Shown: positions 46,501-57,000 of the stretch, in pieces
Layout: each line of letters starts with the position of its first letter
How positions within the stretch are numbered: position 1 is the first letter of the stretch
Assembly: GCA_012026655.1 (NCBI GenBank)
Contig: JAAILG010000323.1
Coordinates: 1 to 64,000, forward strand
Length of the DNA: 64,000 nucleotides
Origin: Hydrolagus affinis
Lineage: Eukaryota
Direction of reading: 5' to 3'
Notes under the pieces: model-generated
What the model was told of the DNA's origin: nothing
What the model saw: the letters and a program-made list of their open reading frames with translations, nothing else
Database searches by the model: none
Position numbers and translations under genes: made by a program

Positions 46501-48831
46501 ACTCAGCTCACAAGTGAGTGATCTGGGTTAGATTCCAGGCAGGACGAAACCTTGGGCAAGTTTCCTGATAATAATCCTCAAAAAAAACAATAATAAATTG
46601 GTCATTTTCAAACCACGACTGTTTGTGGGACACTGCTGTGCGCATTTGGCTGTCATATTTTGCCCACAAATATAGTCAATTCACTTTACAGTATATTCTG
46701 TGAAGCGCTTTGAGATGTCTAGATGTGAAAAGCGCTTTATATAAAATGCAAGGATTATGATTATCAACGGGTCCTGCTGGGAGCTGCAGGTGTGAATTCT
46801 GCAGCAGAGAAGTTATAGATGAGTACTGTGTGTATCTCGGAGTCAGTCTTTGTCTGACACTCTTTCATTACCCTACTCTCTGCTTCCTGACCATGACCAC
46901 AAAGTATTTTTTTTCAATCTCATTCTCTCATTTTATTTTCTTTCACATTTTATGCTCGACCATGAACAGCATTGATAATAGAGACTTTTCAATCTTTAGT
47001 ACAGACCCAACACAAGGACAAGAGACTCACAAGAGACTCAATCCATTTTATTATACCGAATGACCGTAGGGATCTAATCTCTCCCTGACTTACTGTACAC
47101 ACAATAAAATCTAGTCTACATACATCTCGTCCCCTCCCTTTCACACCTTACTCACTACTTACTCAGTAATTTCTACCCAAGCAAAATAAATACCCTCACA
47201 GAGTCGAGGCTGCACAGGGGAAGCCTTTGCAATCAGACCTGATCATTGTTACATTTTCAAAGTTCACGCGATTCATCCGATGAGGCGAGTCACAGGCTGG
47301 CAGGGGGTATTATAAACTGTCTGAACACTCTAACTCTGTGATGATGAGGATTGAAAGCGACTGTTGGGTCTGTACATGAGGCAATGTACATGACTGAAGC
47401 TCTGGGTGGATTCAAGAACCACTTCTTACCTGTAAATGAGCTTTCGCCGTACACTACGCTTGAAGAATCCACTGCAGCCATTGCAGGCGTATATTCCATA
47501 GTGTTTCCCACTGCTGGTATCTCCACACACCTTACACATCAGCACTGGGCTCAGTGACTTCCCTGGGCTGGGGCTCTTCACTGAAGAAAGATAAAGTAAG
47601 TTACCTACAGATTGATACCTATACAGCCCTGGTCTTGACTCTTCAATGAAGAGATAGACCCTGAACTGTTGTTTCATTGCTTCAGAAATGAAAGCAATTC
47701 TCGCAATCAAAGAGGAAGGTCTTCAATTGTGATCTCAAAGAGGGGAAGGAGGGAACCAGGTGGGGGGATTGAGGAAGAGAGTTCCAAAGCTTTGGGGCAT
47801 AACTTTCTCTGCGCTCCACCATGGTTGGAGCGCAGAGAACGGGTTCGCACTACAGGAGCTAATGAAAACTAACACATCAAATTTAACATCGCCAAGAGAC
47901 ACATGCCTGATAGCACCTGTGGCCACGCCAACTGTACGATAAACTCAAATACATCTTTAAGTCAGAACTCATCTTAAAGTTGGCATTTCAACAGAGATTT
48001 CAGTGAGTTGAATGAAATGATTTTCTCAATTTGTGAACAGAACATCACTATTTCTTATAACACAAATTTGCTACCCATCAGATAAAAATCTCTTCCTCAC
48101 CCTGCTTTCCCCTTTAATTTTGTCCTCATTCATTGATACGTGCTGGGTAGAGTTTCATTCAACATTCTTCAGAGGAGTTCAGGCTGGTGTGTGTATGGTT
48201 GGGGGTGGGGGGGGATCAAAGCCAGATCTGATCCTGTCTTCACCCACTTGCCTTTCAGCTGCAATAACTGGCTGAGGATCAGGGACCCAGACTGTTTTCC
48301 CCTTCCCAAGCTCAGGAGGTGAATTGTGTTGCCCCAATTATCAACTCACAGAATGGATCAACATAGACCCTACAACCTACCAGTTTTGCATCACTCTGGG
48401 TAGTATCTGTATCCATTAAGTTATGGGATAGATGTTTTTTTTTGAAAAAAAATGTAAATGTGCCTTCCAGGAATCTTCATTAATTTCCTTATTGTGGAGT
48501 GAAATATTCCTTTCCTGAAGAGTTTCTCTCTAGTTCACTTTGGGCACCAATTGACTCGTTCCCTCTGACTTTCAGATACCTGCCTGCCTGGCTCTCCCTC
48601 ACACCTTCCTGCCTGCCTGGCTCCCCCTCACACCCTCCTGCCTGGCTGGCTTTCTCTCACAGCTGCCTGTCTGGCTGCCCCTCACACCTGCCTGCCTTCC
48701 TGCCTGGCTCTCCCTCACACCTTCCTGCTTGGCTCTCCCTCACACCTGCCTTCCTGGGTCAGACTCCACATACCTGGTTGGCTGTCCTCCAGTTCTGGGC
48801 TGCCCTCTGACTCCACGGGGGAACTTGACAT
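40374..48831 (-). CDS. NR2E3: Photoreceptor-specific nuclear receptor, complete 8-exon CDS (1212 nt, 403 aa)
   Basis: [34 protein letters not shown] carries the NR2E3-type NGCSG P-box, followed by [26 protein letters not shown]; LBD ends [12 protein letters not shown]. All introns GT-AG; phases 1,2,1,1,0,1,2 are consistent. Confidence 0.96.
40915..41020 (-). CDS. NR2E3: NR2E3 exon 7 ([21 protein letters not shown]...PTQPV)
   Basis: ctcttcag / gtaaag. Confidence 0.96.
41797..42037 (-). CDS. NR2E3: NR2E3 exon 6 ([14 protein letters not shown]...[13 protein letters not shown])
   Basis: ctgcag / gtgaga. Confidence 0.96.
42681..42862 (-). CDS. NR2E3: NR2E3 exon 5 ([11 protein letters not shown]...[28 protein letters not shown])
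   Basis: tttccag / gtcagt. Confidence 0.96.
43617..43853 (-). CDS. NR2E3: NR2E3 exon 4 ([14 protein letters not shown]...[20 protein letters not shown])
   Basis: atccctag / gtcagt. Confidence 0.95.
43860..44010 (-). mobile_element. SINE family A 3' fragment abutting the NR2E3 exon-4 acceptor
   Basis: CATTTCAATCCACGGCTGTTTGTGGG...CACAAATATACAGTCAATTCAC...(TTA)n. Confidence 0.8.
44604..44707 (-). CDS. NR2E3: NR2E3 exon 3 (zinc finger 2)
   Basis: ttctcag / gtgagt. Confidence 0.96.
45362..45535. mobile_element. Partial Tigger-like DNA transposon remnant
   Basis: Starts CAGTAAAAGCCCGCTTATCCGGCACC; repeated CCGGATA/TATCCGG motifs; CpG-rich; no clean right TIR. Confidence 0.45.
46015..46765 (+). 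mobile_element. Two tandem family A SINEs (46015-46327, 46476-46765) in NR2E3 intron 2
   Basis: Each has head, core and tail. Confidence 0.88.
47430..47580 (-). CDS. NR2E3: NR2E3 exon 2 (zinc finger 1)
   Basis: ttcttcag / gtaaga. Confidence 0.96.
48578..48755. repeat. Minisatellite, unit about 29-33 bp (CCTGCCTGGCTCTCCCTCACACCTT), about 6 copies
   Basis: Visible tandem units in NR2E3 intron 1. Confidence 0.85.
48774..48831 (-). CDS. NR2E3: NR2E3 exon 1 coding part ([19 protein letters not shown])
   Basis: gcaATG start; CAG/gtatgt donor; phase 1 fits exon 2. The choice of start codon is inferred. Confidence 0.72.
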
Positions 48832-49099
48832 TGCAGTGTGTAGAGGAGGAGTGAACTGGTCTGAGCTGGGAAAATAGGAAATTCCTCCCAAACCAGCCAG
48901 AGGGACAGCGATAGACACACACACAGACACACCCTCTCTCCCTCCCTCCCCCCGGGGAGATGGAGTTGAAGTAAAGAATTCTGCAAAGATTCAAGAGAAA
49001 AGAAGTCCACTTCTTCAGAAACCTGTGTCAGGAGCTCTGTGGGTCTCTCTGCAGAGCCAGGGTGGGAATGAGCTCCTCTCCAGCCACCAAGGCTCCTAA

Positions 49100-49490
49100 A
49101 CCCCACACAGATTAGCTTCCCACACAGGCTGTGTACGCAGATGCCTATTTGTCAAGTCTCTTAATCTTTACTGGGGATGCGAAGGTGGATCAATCAATCA
49201 ATCAACCAACCAACCAAGCAAGCAGCCAGGCCATGAAGAATTAACAAGGTGATGAGTCCTTGAACACTGTAACTGTACCCTCAACCCTGACAGCCCCCAA
49301 ACTCGCTGTGTTTGTTTCATAGGCTAAGAGTGGAAACAAGTGTTTATTTCTGAAGGCAGCGTTTTGGTTGCTGTCTTTCAGTGACTATGTATCTCCTCTC
49401 TCTGTGCCACTTTCTGCTGAATGTATTTGGTGCTGATGTGTGTAGGTAGCTCCCTCTGTGCCCCCACCCATGTCTCTGCTGACTTCTCCC
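49100..49490 (-). promoter_or_regulatory. Putative NR2E3 proximal promoter with CRX/OTX-type and NRL-type motifs
   Basis: AGATTAGC 49109-49116, CTTAATCT 49160-49167, TGCTGA at 49415 and 49431, TGCTGAC at 49477; mammalian NR2E3 is a CRX/NRL target. Confidence 0.5.
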
Positions 49491-49922
49491 TTGTCGTGGA
49501 AGAGACGCTAACCTTTTTAGCCTTATTTACCTTTCACTAAATTCTGCAATCTGCACACTCTAAATATAGAAGCAAACCAGAGGCTCGTTCTCAGCTCATT
49601 ATTTCTGGGCGATCCTCATCCTGGGAAAGGTACTGTACTGAGCAACTGGCTGCTCAAACATGAAATCCCTGTGCCTTGCTCACTCACTCACTCACTAACT
49701 CGCTGCTTGTGTTTAATTCCCCAACTCGTTTCCACAGTCTCCAAATTTAAAAAAAATACAGAAAATACTGGAAATCNNNNNNNNNNNNNNNNNNNNNNNN
49801 NNNNNNNNNNNNNNNNNNNNNNNNNNNNNNNNNNNNNNNNNNNNNNNNNNNNNNNNNNNNNNNNNNNNNNNNNNNNCCCCCCCCCCACCTCCTCAATGTC
49901 TCTCCTTCATCTTTCTCTTCTA

Positions 49923-51378
49923 CTGTAGCTCAGTGGTTAGAGCACTCGCCTTCCAAGCGTGAGACCCGTGTTTGAATCCAGGCAGATCAGGACGAAACCT
50001 TGGGCGAGTTTCCATACTCCACAGGCCTAATAATAATCCGTGCAAAAAAAACACAATAATAAATATTGATCATTTCAATCCACGACTGTTTGTGGGACAC
50101 TGCTGTGCGCAATTGGCTGCTGCATTTCGCCCACAAATATACAGTCAATTCACTTCACAGTATATTCTGTGAAGTGCTTTGAGATGTCGATAAGATGTGA
50201 AAAGCGCTCAAATGCAAACGCAAGGATTATTATTATTATTACTCCTATTGCTTTGCTCAGTGTCTTGTCTTATTTGCGATTGTCCTTGTTGAGTAAGTGG
50301 GGTTTCTGTGAAGCTGAGCTGGGTCTGAGTTGACATGCATGGCAACATAATGTTGTAATGTACTCTGTGGCTCTAGTATCTGGTTTCTGAGCTAGGTGGG
50401 CTTGCAGTGGTCAAAGGCACTCCTGATGACAGATAAGCTAACTTGGCTGGTTGGTAGGACTTGGAAGCTCAGACCTGGTATTGGAGGAAGGGACATTTCT
50501 CCACTCGGCTTCTCTCACTAATAATAATCCTTGCACTTGATACTGTATAGCTTGTCACATCTTCTACAGAATATACTGTAAAGTGAATTGACTGTATATT
50601 TGTGGGAGAAACGCAGCAGCCAATTGTGCACAGCAGTGTCCCACAAACAATCATGGATTGAAATGACCGATTTATTATTGTTTGTTTTTTGAAGGGATTA
50701 TTGTTAGATGTATGGAGTAAGGAAACATGCCCAAGGTTTTGTCCTGCAGGGAATCAAACCCAGGTCTCTTACTTGCAAAGTGGGTGCTCTAACCACTGAG
50801 CTACATTTTAGCACCGTAAGCCAAACCCTAACATGTAGGGTGTTCCCAGTTAGTTAAGAAGTGAGACATGAAAATGCTACATCAAATGCAAGGATTATTA
50901 TTATATGGACTTAATAGGGGGAACGCAGCACTTTCTATCCTGCCACTCACTGACTCTCTGAAATCCATCTTCCTGCTGTCTGGGCTGCCGCACAGTTCTG
51001 TATACACACTTCACCTCCCTGCTCTTACCCTCTCCCGATCTAACTCATAGCCTTGCCCCTGACACCAGCTGCTTCCTCTCAAGCATGATTATAACTGTAA
51101 ATTATAATCTGACTATAAATTGTGTGGGCGAAACACTGCAGCCAATTGCGCACAGCAGTGTCCCATTAACAGTGTTAGATTGAATGACCAATATTTTTTG
51201 AAGGAATTGTTACCCCAAGAAATGTGATGCAACCATTGTCTAACAGCCGGGTTCTTATTTACTGCGAGTACAGATGCATGTGGAGTAAGAAAACTGCCCA
51301 ACATTTTGCCCTGCCAGGTATCAAACCCAGGTCTCTCATTTGAGAGACGAGTGCTCTAACCACTGAGCTACTTGACTC
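49923..51378. mobile_element. Cluster of three family A SINEs: 49923-50240 (+), 50520-50804 (-), 51115-51378 (-, long form)
   Basis: Direct matches to the family pattern. Confidence 0.88.
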
Positions 51379-52744
51379 CATGGTGGATTTCCGCATGTGT
51401 CAGAAATCCGGCTGACCAAAAAACATTTTGATGTTGGGTTTCTAGGGCAACATTCATTTCTTAGAATACAGTACTAGGAGAGCCCCTCTGTCTATATTGC
51501 TGTAAAATATTACCATTGTTAATCAGATCATCTCCAGTTTGTCTCAGAAGCCAGCCATGGGTTCAGGAGAAAATGGAACCACTTTGCAGCACGCTGGTTC
51601 TCTATCCCACGCCCTCTCCTCCATTGGATTTCAGGTGAGGACATAAGGTCGAATAACGTGACAACAATGACTGCTTGGGCTCACACCCTGTTCAGGAGGT
51701 ACAAGAGGGAGCCAGTGAAACTGTCCCCCAGCACAAGCAAAGTCTTCAACAGAGGTAGGGAAATTGAAATGAAATTTTCTTTACAAAGGACTCTGCACAA
51801 GCATCGATAAATAAAATATTTGCGGACGTACATTGCCGCACTGATCTCCACTGTTACCCCAACATCATCAGATATGGATGTCTTTCTCGGGCGATGGGAT
51901 CACCAGCAGAGCTAATCATACAATGTATATAAGCTACTAATCCACTGATCTGCAGAAAATCATCAAACTGAGTGAGGGAGAAAAAAGGTCTGTTGGTGCA
52001 ATAAAAACAATTAGCACAAGGATTATAAGTGGCTCTCTCAGACTGTGCCCTCCCTGAGGACTAACTCAATACCATATGGTGGGTACAGACACCTGCCCTG
52101 CTACAGAGTAATTAGTTTGTTGAAGTCAGTGACTTTTTTCCTCTCGTTCGTGATGGATTTAGCTTATTACGGACTTAAGTTCAGATCAGGCCTCTGTGTC
52201 ACAGAAAAGCAGACACTAGCAAACAGCTACTTAGCAACAGCTCAGTCCTTTGTGGAAAAAAAAAGCTTGGAAGTAGCTCTGTGCTGGGCCAGTGACCACC
52301 ACACTACTCCAGACTGAGCACTCATTGCTGTTTGTGGGACTTGACTGTCATAAAAATGTCTGGTGCATTTGCCTACAAATGCGTTTGATCGTAATATCCT
52401 GTGATGAGCTTTGAGATGTTTCGAAGTGATAAACTGTTATGAAAATACAAGTTCTTTGTTTTCTTGTTCTCCATGCAGCGCTGTGTTTTCGTATAGGTTT
52501 GACTGTTTGACTCAGACTGGAACACAGAACCAGGGGTTTAAAGGAACAAACTTTAGCGTTAAACGAATAATTATAACAAACGTTGTTATAATTATCTCAC
52601 AAAATAGTGCGTGATTAGAGCAGATTCACAGTAAATGCTGCTCTTTTAACTCCTTCAAACAAGCAACTGGATAGGTATCTGGTTAAGAGCAATATTGAAG
52701 ATATTACAATTTGTGAAAACTTGAGATATCTAAATATTGCACAT

Positions 52745-53565
52745 GACAGGGACTTTCCTCTGCTTCCTCTTATCTATCTTTTATTTAGTTTCTTTCATTC
52801 CTTCTTAACTTTCTGCCTCAAAGTAATAAAATTACATTAGAAATGTGGACAACACAGACGATACGAATACGAAAGTCTAGCCCAGTGCTATTGGACTAGG
52901 AGAAGTTGTCTGTATAGGGAGGGAGGCAAGGGTCGGTTACTGAGGTTTGGGGATGCATTAATAGTCTGGAGTTTTTGCTTGGTTACCTTTGGGGATCAAA
53001 AAATAATCATTGAAGCATTTGATATGATGCCTTATCGGGTGAACAAAATCTTTCCAGTATTTTTATTGTAAAGTGCAGCGCATATATGTTCGTATGAAAA
53101 TGTGGCAGCAAATTTGTGTGCACTGAAGTCCCACAGACAGCCATGAAGTGAACGACCGATTTTATCTGGAGGATGAAATTCCATTCTCTTTCCAAATAGC
53201 GTCAAGGGATCTTTAATGTTTACCTAAATGGGCAAACAGGATCCTAGTTTAATGTTTCAATTAAAGACAACACCCCTGACAATGCAGTGTTCCCTAGCTC
53301 ATCCTTTTAACTCCGAGGAGTGGTTTAGAAGAGGGAATCAATCACCTGAACTAGCCCGACACCCAATCAGGAAGTACAGTTTCTATATAGGACTTACTCC
53401 CTGGGGATAGAATGGGATGTAGTGCCTCTGTGATTGGTTTTGGAAAGAACGTGCTTTGTGTTGTCCACGTTTCTAATGTAATTTTATTACTTCGAGGCAG
53501 AAAGTTAAGGAATGAAAGAAACTAAATAAAAGATAGATAAGGGGAAGCAGAGGAAAGTCCCTGTC
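52745..53565. repeat. Inverted duplication: arms 52745-52856 and 53457-53565, 600-bp spacer
   Basis: Arms align directly, with three substitutions and one 3-bp indel. Confidence 0.92.
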
Positions 53566-53732
53566 TGCTCTCCCCACATATACAGCAGGTTTATCTGCAC
53601 TGTTGAGATGCAGAGTGTTCCATGCAATGTGGTAAAGCGTCTGATTGTTGCAGTTAACGTTGTGTAGCAGTACATGTTTTGCTGAATGTAATACCAAATA
53701 CAGTACAATATTAATGATCCTTGATACAGTGA

Positions 53733-54062
53733 AGCTCCTGTAGCTCAGTGGTTAAAAAGCACTCGCCTTACAAGCGTGAGACCTGTGTTCGAATCCAGGC
53801 AGATCAGGGCGAAACCTTGGGCTTCCAAGTTTTCTTACCCCACATGCCTAATAATAATCTCTCAAAAAAAAAAGTAATAAAAATTGGGTCATTTCAATCC
53901 ATGACTGTTTGTGGGATACTGCTGTGCACAATTGGCTGACGCATTTCGCCCACAAATATACAGTCAACTCACCTTAAGGTATATTCTGTGAAGCGCTTTG
54001 AGACGTCAATAAAATGTGAAAAGCGCTACAATATATCAAATGCAAGGATTATTATTATTATA
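53733..54062 (+). mobile_element. Family A SINE with intact Pol III A and B boxes
   Basis: TAGCTCAGTGG 53741-53751; GTTCGAATCC 53787-53796. Confidence 0.9.
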
Positions 54063-57000
54063 ATGTCAAGACATTTCAAAACGCTTCATAAGAAGTGACC
54101 ATATTTGTAAGCAAACATGACAGACAGTTTTATGCACAGCAAAGTGCCACAAACTGCAATGAGGTTTATTACCAACTAATCAGAACAGTGAGAGACAACA
54201 TTCTCATCTCCAGTTGTGTCTTTAGGTCCTTATCCAACAATGTAGTCGTTGCTCAGTACTGCACTGGAGTATCAATGGAGCCTCTGAGCTGAAAAGCGGA
54301 TGTGGGACTTAACCTACAGATCAAAGGCAACGGTGCTGACATCCCATGTCTCGGTTCGAGAAACACATCACACAGAGGGTTACTATTCCTGTGCCAATGT
54401 GCTGGTGCATTGCTGAGAACTGATCTTTAGTGGCTAATCAGTGAACAGATTTCTAACCATCTGATCTAAGTGGGAATTAAAGTCAATGGGCTAAGGAGAG
54501 ATCAGCTGACCCTTAACTGACATTTGACACAGCGTATTTGCAGTGTTTAATGTTAACTAACCCCACAGCTCCCTGCTTCATGTCAAGGATCACCGGGGCT
54601 TATTGCTTTAAGAAGTGTACAGGTGGGAAGGCACTGCCTGACATAACATTCACACTCCCTTTATTCTGTCTCCCGAACATTCGATTCAACCCGAAAACAT
54701 GCAGAACTCACAATCTGAAATAGATTCTTGGTTAAGGGCACCTGATGAAACTCCTTCAGAACGTCCTGTTGAGTTTACACATTGCATAGATATGCACAGC
54801 GACCTTTGAATCACTTTACAGACCCACAGTAGTGCAGGCACTGATATAACAACAACAAGGACTTATAGTGCCCTCCACGCCAGACGGCATCTCAGTACTG
54901 TTGTAGTAATAATAATAATGCTTGTATTTATTTATAGAGTGCCTTTCACGTCGAAAGGATGTCCCAAGGTGCTGAACAGTCAAGGGTCGGGATCTGAGCA
55001 CAGGGGAAGGGCAGGGTAGGTGGGAGGGAGGGAAAGAGGTGGGAAGGCAGCAGAAGGCACGGTCAAAAAGGGGTTCTTGAGACCGACCTTGAAGGAGGCA
55101 AGGGAGGAAGTGAGGTGAGGGGTCTATGGGATGGAGTTTCAGAGTACCCTCTTCCCCTGCTAATGCCACACTGTTCCCTGTAGGAATAAAAATAGGAACG
55201 AAAATGATGCAAAGTCAAGAAGGGAGGCAAAATATTGGTCAAAGGAACACAAGTGACAAATTCCAAACACCCCAATTCCAAACATCCCATTTAACCATGG
55301 CAGTAACCCAGGCTGGGGTTTTGCAGGATCTACTGATAGATTCAAATATAATTGGTGCTGAAAGGAGCTGAGACAGTATCACTAGCAGCAGAGCAGAACA
55401 CACATTGGCCAGTCAGTCACAAAGAAATCTTTAATCCCCTGTTTGATCTTTGTGTCTCCTCACTTGCTCCCATGCCTGTTAAGAATCTAGTGTGATCTGA
55501 GATTGGTCCTTCTCTCTTTCTCTCATTCCTTCTCTCTTTCTCTTCCCTGCTCTTTTCCTTGACTTATTTCTCTATGCTTCTCTCTATCCTCTCGCTTCAC
55601 TTTTCTCTTGCAGTCTCACCTTTGCACTGTCTCAATTTAAAAATGTGAGTTACTTTCTCATCTGCAAAGCAGATATCCAAAACATATGTTAAATATTTTG
55701 CCTGGAATAATAGTGGTGGCTGATGCTGATGATGTCTGGGCTCCAGTAGTAACGCTGCCCTTCCAAACAACCAACTGAGCTCTATACTGTCCAGACAGTG
55801 AGAGCCAATCTAGTCCTCGGACTCCTCCCAGCACATCCACCCAAGAGGAAAGACACATCAAATGAGTTTGAAGTGTTTGGTGGGGACTGGCGAGTGTGGT
55901 GGAGGATTACAGAGGGCCTTTGGTAAAGGGAGGAGCCCAGATCTCAGGTCGCAGCAGCTTGCTCCCATCACTGTGATGATTAAAGCTTTTCTAAAAAGAT
56001 AATTATCCCCTGGCTTGTAAGTCTGTATCATTAGCAGGAATTTGTTAGCAGGAGCAGCTCCCTCCCACTGCCTGACCCCACTGGACTGGGCAGATCAACG
56101 AGAGCCGCAGCGGATCTCACTCAACCTGAAATAATAGAATAATAATTTGGTCACTAAAATAATAATACTAATAGTAAACATCCTCAATCCAGGTCTGTCT
56201 GTGGGACTGATGTGCGCAATTGGCTGCCGCATTTCACCCACAAAATATACAGTAAATGAACTTTATAGCATACACCTCTCCCAACCTCTCTCTCTCTTGC
56301 TCGGGTCCCAACTCGTGACTGTTCAGCGCCTTGGGATGTCCTCCCGACATGAAAGGCGTTCTACAAATGTAATTTGGATGTTGTTGTATATTCTGTTGAG
56401 TGCATTGAGATGCCTCGGAGGTGTGATAAGGTGCTATATCAAATGCAAGAATTATTATTATTTTACCTGGTGAGCAATGCACAGGACAGTACAGCTGAGG
56501 AAGATGTGACAAAGGATTGAAAGCACTGGCTTCTTGGCAAAATTAGGATTTCGAGCAATGGAATAGCTGGAGCAATGTTATGTTCAAACGTTATCATCCT
56601 GCCTCCATGGAATAAGAAGAAATTCTGATTATTTTACTCAGTACGTCCAGGGAAATTCTCCTTGAACTAGGTGGCTTTGTACATTTTCAGGTCTTAACAG
56701 AATTACAGAAACAAGTTCACTGTCCAGGCCGACCACTTATGCTCTATAGAGAAGAAATTTGGAAAAACTCTTGAATTCAGACCCGATTTGCAAGTGTATT
56801 ATGTTTCAGAACTGCAAAAAAAAACATCAAATTGAGACTGATTTTTAAAAATTTTACATAATTCTGCTCGTTGTAAAATTGTAGGGTAATGGCACTAAGC
56901 CTCAGACCTGGAGACCTGATATTGTGAAGAGTGATCAGAAGGCAACTCCCAGATGAGAACCCCAGGGAAAGTAAATTTGTCTGTAGTTTGTGAATACAGT

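Noticed and set aside
48578-48755. Regularly spaced ~30-bp repeats resembling a CRISPR array
   Set aside because: No unique spacers and a vertebrate intron; it is a minisatellite.
53733-53810. tRNA-Val(TAC)-like sequence (also at 6930, 11600, 32862, 46015, 49923)
   Set aside because: No proper acceptor stem, and always followed by the SINE body; these are SINE heads, not tRNA genes.
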